From Macrostomum lignano (lineage: Eukaryota): a DNA stretch of 29,436 nt. The notes below the pieces were generated by a model. It was given only the letters and a program-made list of their open reading frames with translations, did no database searches and was not told the origin of the DNA. Shown here piece by piece: positions 21,011-29,436 of this stretch. Location of the stretch: contig NIVC01004987.1 of assembly GCA_002269645.1 (NCBI GenBank), forward strand, positions 1 to 29,436, in the 5' to 3' direction. The number at the start of each line of letters is the position of its first letter. Position 1 is the stretch's first letter. Both the position numbers and the translations under genes were made by a program.

Positions 21011-24000
21011 TCACTTAACAACGCCGTACATGACCCAGTAAACTACATTGAATATTATAAAACTGAGTGGAAAAAGTCTGCGCGAAATTTTATCAATCTT
21101 TCGAGCCGTATTGTTGATCTGCTGCGATGGGAACAGCTCGTTGCCAGGCGACAAACAGACTGACGGCTAAAAAACGGAGCGTTAATACGTTTGATTCGAT
21201 TTGCATTGTATATTTTAAAGTGCATCCTACAAAGCTCTATTCGAACTCACGCTGCCTTCTTGGTCAGTCGGTCCACCAGACTCAATCAGCGTTGCCGATG
21301 TGGAAGTGAAGGAACGCCGCGGCACCGAGCCACTGCGCGTTCGAGTAGACGCCTTCTTTGGCCCGATGTCTCGCCGACTGTAAACATTGACCACGGCGAA
21401 TTCCAGCAGCGATGCGAACACAAACACCAGACAGACACTCATCCAGACGTCAATAGCTTTGATGTAGGACACCCGGGGCAGCGACTGCCCGGCTCCGGAG
21501 GATTGCGTTGTCATGGTGAGCACTTCGGTTTGAATCGGTTTCATGTGGGTGTTTAATTGATTTTTTTATAAATATATACTCAATAATACTGTTTAAAAAA
21601 AATCACTATAATTTTGTCCCTGACGTGTAGAATGAGCTTCAAATCATACACAGGTTCGGAGTGAGGTGGGTGCGGAGTGAGGTGGGTGCAGAGTGGGGTG
21701 AGTGCAGAGTGAGGTGGGTGCGGAGTGAGGTGGGTGCAGAGAGAGGTGGGTGCGGGGTTAAGTGACTGCGGCGTGGAGGTGGATGCGGAGTGAAGTGGGT
21801 GCGCGTGAAGTGGGTGCGGGGGAAGTGGGTGCAGAGAGAGATGGGTGCGGGGTTAAGTGACTGCGGCGTGGAGGTGGATGCGGAGTGAAGTGGGTGCGGG
21901 TGAAGTGGGTGCGGAGTTAAGTAGGCAGTGAGTTTGGTGGTAATTGAGGTGCTTCTAATTGCGAGTAGCTGTAGAGAATGATTAAGTATTACTGAGCCAC
22001 TAGCAATGTAACCAGACCATACCTGTCAGAAGACCCAAACTGACTCTTGCCGGAATGGCTTCTGTGTTAATCCAGAAAGCCACCCAGCTGAGAATGACGA
22101 TCAGAACCGTGGGAATGTACACCTGGCGGCAAGAGACGGTGACTCATTATTATTGAACGCATTATTACTAGAGCGCTATGTAAAATTTTTTACCTGAATG
22201 ATAAAGTATCCAATATCTCTCTGCAGAATGAAATCCACCTGCAGACAGGGATAACTTCCCGTAGTATAGTTCTTTGAGCATTCTTTAGTCGGATAGCCTT
22301 TCAGAATAAACTGGGGCATGCTCAGATCATCAGTGGCCTCGACCGATTTGTTTGGCAGCCACTTGAATACCACTGTGTGCATTGTGTGGCCGACTGGAGG
22401 ATAAATATTGAAAGGTGACAGCGCGTTAGAAAGCCTTATGCAATAAAAAATGCAACTATACATGCAGTTCAGTGAATATCAGCTCACAACTCTCCAGCAT
22501 CATTGGACATATTTGAGTGTCCAGCGGGTATTTCTGTAGCTGCATCATGCAGGATAGAGTAGCGGAGATCCTGTCCGGTGGAGGTTAGGAGAGAGTGAAA
22601 ATTTAATTGAATTTGAATGCTAATTTGGACCGGCAGTTTATAAATTGGAGTCATTTATTCACTAGATAATTTAGCCATAAATAGAGGCCGACTAGGATAC
22701 GCGGAAGTGAGGAGGGGGATCCGGAGTGAGGTGGGTGTGAGTGAAGTACATGTAGGTGTGGATGGGGTGGGTGTGAGTGAAATAGGTGCGGAATGAGGTG
22801 GGTGAGAGTGAGGTGGGTAAGAGTGAGGTGGGTGTAAGTGAGGTGGTTGAGAGTGAGTTGGGTGAGAGTGAGGTGGGTGTGAGTGAGGTGGGTGTGAGTG
22901 AGGTGGGTGTGAGTGAGGTGGGTGTGAGTGAGGTGGGTGTGGGTGAGGTGGGTGTGAGTGAGGTGGGTGTGAGTGAGGTGGGTGTGAGTGAGGTGGGTGT
23001 GAGTGAGGTGGGTGTGAGTGAGGTGGGTGTGAGTGAGGTGGGTGTGAGTGAGGTGGGTGTGAGTGAGGTGGGTGTGAGTGAGGTGGGTGTGAGTGAGGTG
23101 GGTGTGAGTGAGGTGGGTGTGAGTGAGGTGGGTGTGAGTGAGGTGGGTGTGAGTGAGGTGGGTGTGAGTGAGGTGGGTGTGAGTGAGGTGGGTGTGAGTG
23201 AGGTGGGTGTGAGTGAGGTGGGTGTGAGTGAGGTGGGTGTGAGTGAGGTGGGTGTGAGTGAGGTGGGTGTGAGTGAGGTGGGTTGGAGTGATTTTCACTA
23301 TCTGGTGATTGGATGAGGTCATTAGCACTTGGATGAGTACAAACAGCTCCGATAGTGTACAATGGTGGACACCACATTGCTCAGTCGCCAACTTACTTCA
23401 TGACGTACCACAGCTTCCCATCGGGATAAAGGTTGATGAAGCGATTCGGGATGGTGACGTGGTGAAAGTCAGCCTTTTTCTCGTTTCTGTAAATAAGTGT
23501 GCAAAAGCGCCTTCAACTTCAACTCAGTTTGGATTTCGGGGAAACTCAGAAGTTTCTAGAATACCGAAAGAAGACATCCGGGACCCATAGTTTCTCCCAG
23601 ATCTTGTCCTCCAGTTTGACGCAGTCCTTGGTGTCCAGACCTTCGCTTCTATTGAACCTGAGTCTCGGATCGTACCACTGCTGTCTGAGGTAGATGTTCA
23701 CGGAGTAGTCCTGAAAGATTTTGTTCAGCAAGATGAGGTAGCGTTTTTGGAGCTGGTTAGTTTAATATAGCAAGACAACAAGTACATTACCATGGTTTGT
23801 TCGCTTATTGAATAAAAGCTGTTGATGTAAATCCCCAAGTGTACTGTTGTTGGCTTGTCTGCAGAGTGAATACAGAATGTCCAGTGTTTGCGTGGGCAAT
23901 CATTTATGCGTTTTCATATTCAAAGATGGTTATTTTACCCACCTCCGTGAGGACTGTTTTGCCTTGTGTAATTTATTAGCAAACGATCGATGATGTTCTT

Positions 24001-27000
24001 CCTGAAATCAGGAGATTAACACGTGGAGTCACGATACTTCTGCAAGTTTGATGGCAAAATTATTTTCCCACTAGTAGGATGTGAGGCTTAGCTCTATTCG
24101 TGCTTCTCTTCCCCTCCGACATCTGACAGCGAGTGACCAATGCCGCTCAGCCTTATCTCCACCCTTGCTTCTCTCCCCCCCCCCGATATCTGACTGCGAG
24201 TGACCAATGCCGCTCAGCCTTATCTCCACCCTTGCTTCTCTCCCCCCCCCCGATATCTGACTGCGAGTGACCAATGCCGCTCAGCCTTATATCCACCCTC
24301 GCTTCTCCCCCCCCCGATATCTGACTGCGAGTGACCAATACCGCTCAGCCTTATATCCACCCTTGCTTCTTCCACCCCCCCCCCGATATCTGACTGCGAG
24401 TGATCAATGCCGCTCAGCCTTATCTCCCTTCTCTCCCCCCCCCGATATCTGACTGCGAGTGACCAATGCCGCTCAGCCTTATCTCCCTTCTCTCCCCCCC
24501 CCCGATATCTGACTGCGAGTGACCAATGCCGCTCAGCCTTATCTCCACCCTTGCTTCTTCCCCTCCCCCGATATCTGACTGCGAGTGACCAATGCCGCTC
24601 AGCCTTATCTCCACCCTTGCTTCTTCCCCTCCCCCCGATATCTGACTGCGAGTGATCAATGCCGCTCAGCCTTATATCCACCCTTGCTTCTCTCCCCCCC
24701 CCCGATATCTGACTGCGAGTGACCAATGCCGCTCAGCCTTATCTCCACCCTTGCTTCTTCCACCCCCCCCCGATATCTGACTGCGAGTGACCAATGCCGC
24801 TCAGCCTTATCTCCACCCTTGCTTCTCTCCCCCCCCCGATATCTGACTGCGAGTGATCAATGCCGCTCAGCCTTATCTCCACCCTTGCTTCTTCCCCTCC
24901 CCCCGATATCTGACTGCGAGTGACCAATGCCGCTCAGCCTTATCTCCACCCTTGCTTCTCTCCCCCCCCCCGATATCTGACTGCGAGTGACCAATGCCGC
25001 TCAGCCTTATCTCCACCCTTGCTTCTTCCCCCCCCCCGATATCTGACTGCGAGTGACCAATGCCGCTCAGCCTTATCTCCACCCTTGCTTCTTCCCCTCC
25101 CCCCGATATCTGACTGCGAGTGATCAATGCCGCTCAGCCTTATATCCACCCTTGCTTCTCTCCCCCCCCCGATATCTGACTGCGAGTGACCAATGCCGCT
25201 CAGCCTTATCTCCACCCTTGCTTCTTCCACCCCCCCCCGATATCTGACTGCGAGTGACCAATGCCGCTCAGCCTTATCTCCACCCTTGCTTCTCTCCCCC
25301 CCCCCGATATCTGACTGCGAGTGATCAATGCCGCTCAGCCTTATCTCCACCCTTGCTTCTTCCCCTCCCCCCCGATATCTGACTGCGAGTGACCAATGCC
25401 GCTCAGCCTTATCTCCACCCTTGCTTCTCTCCCCCCCCCCGATATCTGACTGCGAGTGACCAATGCCGCTCAGCCTTATCTCCACCCTTGCTTCTTCCAC
25501 CCCCCCCGATATCTGACTGCGAGTGACCAATGCCGCTCAGCCTTATCTCCACCCTTGCTTCTTCCCCTCCCCCCCGATATCTGACTGCGAGTGACCAATG
25601 CCGCTCAGCCTTATCTCCACCCTTGCTTCTCTCCCCCCCCCGATATCTGACTGCGAGTGACCAATGCCGCTCAGCCTTATCTCCACCCTTGCTTCTTCCA
25701 CCCCCCCCCCGATATCTGACTGCGAGTGACCAATGCCGCTCAGCCTTATATCCACCCTTGCTTCTCTCCCCCCCCCCGATATCTGACTGCGAGTGACCAA
25801 TGCCGCTCAGCCTTATCTCCGCTCTTGCTTCTCATATCTGACTGCGAGTGACCAATGCCGCTCAGCCTTATCTCCCTTCTCTCCCCCCCCCGATATCTGA
25901 CTGCGAGTGACCAATGCCGCTCAGCCTTATCTCCCTTCTCTCCCCCCCCCGATATCTGACTGCGAGTGACCAATGCCGCTCAGCCTTATCTCCCTTCTCT
26001 CCCCCCCCCGATATCTGACTGCGAGTGACCAATGCCGCTCAGCCTTATCTCCACCCTTGCTTCTTCCCCCCCCCCGATATCTGACTGCGAGTGACCAATG
26101 CCACTCAGCCTTAGCGCTACTCCGCAGATTAAAAATAAACATATGATACAAAGCATTCTCAAATCGAGCTGTTACTAAGCCAAGCAACAAAAATAACAGC
26201 TACTTTCATGCTTTATGCTACATATATCGTAAGCAGATGCGCTTTGCTACCACTTCTTATTCTAGCTACTAATGGCAGGCTATTAGCAAGAGAATAAAGT
26301 ACTGACGTCAGTAATGTATTAGTCAAAACAAAAAATGGTTCGTTTTGTACGACTTTTATAAATCAAAACAATCTACTGATATTATGGTTCGAACAATAAG
26401 CTTTCTTTGGTTCTAGTCATCTATCGATGACCACATCGCCTACTTGCAGTAGTTAGTAGCGAGTTAAAAACGAGTTCGTAAAATCATGGATCCTCATTAG
26501 AAATTACCGTTGTATGAGAACAGGATTTAAATATTCGCGCTCTTGCAGAATGTATGTCATCAAATAGGGTTTTACCATAGAAGTTTTTGACACTGGAAAA
26601 TCAACTTCTAAGCGAAAATCTGGCCTTTCAAATGATTTGTCCATAATGTAGAGCGCCAGTATTGCATCCTGATACAACCGTAACTCTAACAAATCAATGA
26701 AACGCTAAACAATCGCGCCGATCATCTTGACGAACTTACATTCTCAGCGACTGCTTCCGAGCAGCAGCCAAATGGTCGGTGTGGTTGTGCTCAAGAAATG
26801 GCAGACTGCGAATATTGTTTCCAGTGAGAAATAAATGAAAAATAGAGAAGCGTCAATGCATTTTGCTTATTCTGAAAGCGTTAAAAATTCCAATTTTTTT
26901 CGTTTGCATGATATCCGTTGTCTTTTATAAATTATCTTATACATTTTCGACTAGATGGATTATGCCTTGTGGAACTGTTGGTGGAATAAACATCGGAATA

Positions 27001-27854
27001 GAAGGGGTCGGGACCATAGACAAAGCTCCTTTGTGGAACTGTTGGGTGGAATAAACATCGGAATAGAAGGGGTCAGGACCATAGACAAAGCTGTTTTGTG
27101 GAACTGTTGGGTGGAATAAACATCGGAATAGAAGGGGTCAGGACCATAGACAAAGCTGTTTTGTGGAGCTGTTGGGTGGAATAAACATCGGAATAGAAGG
27201 GTCAGGACCATAGGCAAAGCTCCTTTGTGGAACTGTTGGGTGGAATAAACATCGGAATAGAAGGGGTCAGGACCATAGACAAAGCTCCTTTGTGGAACTG
27301 TTGGGTGGAATAAACATCGGAATAGAAGGGGTCAGGACCATAGACAAAGCTGTTTTGTGGAACTGTTGGGTGGAATAAACATCGGAATAGAAGGGGTCAG
27401 GACCATAGACAAAGCTCCTTTGTGGAACTGTTGGGTGGAATAAACATCGGAATAGAAGGGGTCAGGACCATAGACAAAGCTCCTTTGTGGAACTGTTGGG
27501 TGGAATCAGGTGGCAGTGGCTTCATAGTCAACTTGACGGACAAAAGCAATGAACCCTGCCTGATGGCCGCTGTACACCCTGAGTGAGCGTGTGCCTCCAT
27601 ACCCATCTGTGTACGTGCTCTGGGGCCAGCGGAATGGGTTCGACTGCTTGCTTCCTCGACTGCCGCCATGGTAAACATTACAGCACAAGCTTCATCCAGT
27701 TAAGAGCGAGTTCAATAGAACAAAAAAGCAATCACTGAATGAAGCCAGTCTCAAATACACTGGGAGCTACTCACACTCTATCGCCAGAGCCCTTGCCGCA
27801 GTACAGGCAGCCGATGATGAATCCAACAGAGATGAAGGACTTCGCCAGCTTCAT
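21011..27854 (-). CDS. Cys-loop (pentameric) ligand-gated chloride channel subunit, GlyR/GluCl class, 439 aa, 11 coding exons
   Basis: Exons 27854-27775, 26805-26740, 24001-23943, 23858-23791, 23710-23565, 23486-23397, 22570-22488, 22393-22194, 22122-22023, 21522-21251, 21166-21011. All GT-AG and phase-compatible; 1320 nt total. Motifs: signal peptide [20 protein letters not shown]; YLRQQW; [11 protein letters not shown]; Cys-loop [15 protein letters not shown]; second disulfide [12 protein letters not shown]; anion-filter PAR; M3 SYIKAIDVW; M4 [10 protein letters not shown]...FNVVYW. The 68-nt and 83-nt exons match GlyR/GABA-A gene architecture. The first two exons are less certain than the rest. 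Confidence 0.95.
21657..21922. repeat. Degenerate 15-bp minisatellite (GGAGTGAGGTGGGTGC-like) with a secondary ~80-bp internal duplication, intronic
   Basis: Seen directly in intron 21523-22022. Confidence 0.9.
22724..23283. repeat. 15-bp minisatellite (GAGTGAGGTGGGTGT)n, about 37 units, intronic
   Basis: Nearly perfect from ~22870 to 23283 and degenerate at the left end. Lies in intron 22571-23396. Confidence 0.98.
24085..26112. repeat. ~57-68-bp satellite with a variable poly-C tract, about 31 units, intronic
   Basis: Unit GATATCTGACTGCGAGTGACCAATGCCGCTCAGCCTTATCTCCACCCTTGCTTCTCT(C)n. A shorter variant lacks CCACCCTTG. Confidence 0.97.
26497..26689. mobile_element. Candidate MITE with ~20-bp imperfect terminal inverted repeats
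   Basis: Left end TTAGAAATTACCGTTGTATGA (26497-26517); right end TGATACAACCGTAACTCTAA (26670-26689). A third TIR-like copy, AGTTACCGTTGTATCA, lies at 28595-28610. No clear TSD. Confidence 0.4.
26967..27505. repeat. 65-bp minisatellite, about 8.3 units, intronic
   Basis: Unit TTGTGGAACTGTTGGGTGGAATAAACATCGGAATAGAAGGGGTCAGGACCATAGACAAAGCT(CCT/GTT); period 65 measured at 27031, 27096 and 27161. Confidence 0.97.
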
Positions 27855-28684
27855 CGCTACTCAATCAAGAGTCTAAAATAAATTTTAGAAGTAAGAAATT
27901 TCTTGGTTTGCAATGTTTCAGCTGAGAATCTGGGGAATTCTGCTAGATTCTAATTCATTAATTGATTAGTAGAGCAATTCACAATAGTGAGCAGCCTGAT
28001 TAGCTTGTCTGAGCACGATCGCCTTAGTAACTAGACCATCTGTTCCCCTACATCAGGGCTTAGTGAGGCTGCAGTTCTCTCTAGAACCCCCCCCCCAATG
28101 TAGCAGTCTCAGCGTCTGAATAATACGAGGCTAATGAATACGAGTCCGATTGAAGAGCCCACCAGGCCATCTGGCCTGTCAATCAAGGATCCCAACCATT
28201 GCTTTATTAATTGTAATTATACTTTAGTAGTAAACACTGTGCACTTGTGCTTAGTGAAATTCTCGACCCAGAACTACCAGCGTCTGTCTCTGTCTGTCTC
28301 TCTCTCTCATGTCACCGACGGTTGAGAGCGTCGGGCGGTTGGCTTAATTAAATTGCAACATTTTTTCTGGATGACATTAGCAATGCGACTCTTCGTGAGC
28401 GCTTTTTGCTTTTAACAAAGCAGCACTGCTTTTTCTGTTGCGGCAGGGCTCACCAATATTGAGTAGCTTATTGTGGGCAAAGCAATGGGAAATCGTAAGA
28501 CGGGATGTCCTACCCTTGTGTAAGTTTTTTCACGTCTTTTTTTATCCCAAAATCTGTCTCACTCTCTCTTATATCCCCAAGGACCACTACTAAAAGTTAC
28601 CGTTGTATCAAAACTTAGCTCTTACGACAATCACATGAAGCTGGGATGGATGGCTTCATCGTTTATTGGCTTAAATGCAACCCA

Positions 28685-28892
28685 ACGGCTGTTCAGTCCA
28701 AGGACTGGGGGGTCGCCACACACAGCCTCAATTACCCCAGCTAATGCTGGCACCCATTTTACAGCTGGGTGAACTGAAGCATTGCAGAGTTGAGTGTCTT
28801 GCTCAAGGACTTAAATTGTTCCGAGTTGGTCGAGAATCGAACCCCCGACCATCAAGTCGTGAGTCCGACGCTCTGACCACTAGGCTACAACC
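28685..28892 (-). mobile_element. tRNA-derived SINE, family B, second copy
   Basis: The reverse complement aligns end to end with 20559-20764, with scattered substitutions. Confidence 0.85.
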
Positions 28893-29436
28893 TCTACTAA
28901 GATATTATATATATAGTATGCATATATGTACTGTAGGCTGTCAAACGTGCTGTTACGTGCCGATACAACTATAAATTCTAGTGGTCCCTGATCTGATCTC
29001 TCCCATTTTCTCTCGAGTGAAAAAGAGATTGACTCGGCAAAGTGCTCAGTCGAAGGAGTACGAGAACAGCCGGTGGTTGACTCTTTCATATGTGCACCGA
29101 ATATGGGCAGTTAATTTCTGCTAGAAAAATCCTAGGGCAGCAAAGGAGGAAATGGCGATGGGGTGGGAGTGGGGAATTGGAATAGATGTGTGAATATATG
29201 CATGATCCAATGCCACTACTAAAATTCTGAAATGATATTATAGCAGCATAATTATTTTCTGTCTGTCCAAAAAGAATTGTTGTTTTGCGTGTGCGACTGC
29301 GCTCTCAGTTATTGTGTACTGAAGTGCAGTTTCTGCAATTGATGGAAGCTGTGCGCTCCTAAGATGGATGGATAGATGGCGACAGAGGGCAGGAGTAGCC
29401 GAGCTGGGTGTGAAAGAATGAAGTAGAGGAGTCGGA

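Noticed and set aside
22651-23391. (THL)n, (HSHPP)n and (SEVGV)n ORFs of 176-246 aa
   Set aside because: Stop-free translations of the 15-bp intronic minisatellite.
24071-26190. Gly/Arg-rich and Pro-rich ORFs
   Set aside because: Satellite translations inside a channel intron, with constant frameshifts at the C runs.
27397-27688. Two minus-strand ORFs as the channel's first exon
   Set aside because: No signal peptide or suitable donor. The signal-peptide exon at 27854-27775 fits in phase.

Overview
Eukaryotic, intron-containing animal DNA, probably an invertebrate. There is no prokaryotic operon, CRISPR array or rRNA, and most ORFs in the supplied track are by-products of tandem repeats. 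(1) About 10-772: a Lep1/DINE-type non-autonomous Helitron-like repeat. (2) 899-19475: two near-identical head-to-tail copies of a ~9.2-kb segment (offset 9224-9257), joined inside a 44/45-bp satellite. Each copy holds a truncated Merlin/IS1595-type Zn-ribbon and a head-to-head pair of genes for very acidic, low-complexity proteins I cannot assign. One is a 3-coding-exon, 223-aa minus-strand gene absent from the ORF track, whose last intron is almost all (CCAA)n up to the AG. The other is a plus-strand gene with 12 HQGDEDAE repeats. (3) 21011-27854: a complete 11-coding-exon, 439-aa Cys-loop anion-channel subunit (GlyR/GluCl class) reconstructed by hand. Its six repeat-free introns are 71-94 nt, and each of its four long introns carries a minisatellite. 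tRNA-derived SINEs and a probable MITE are also present. All alignments and exon calls were made by eye; no searches were run.
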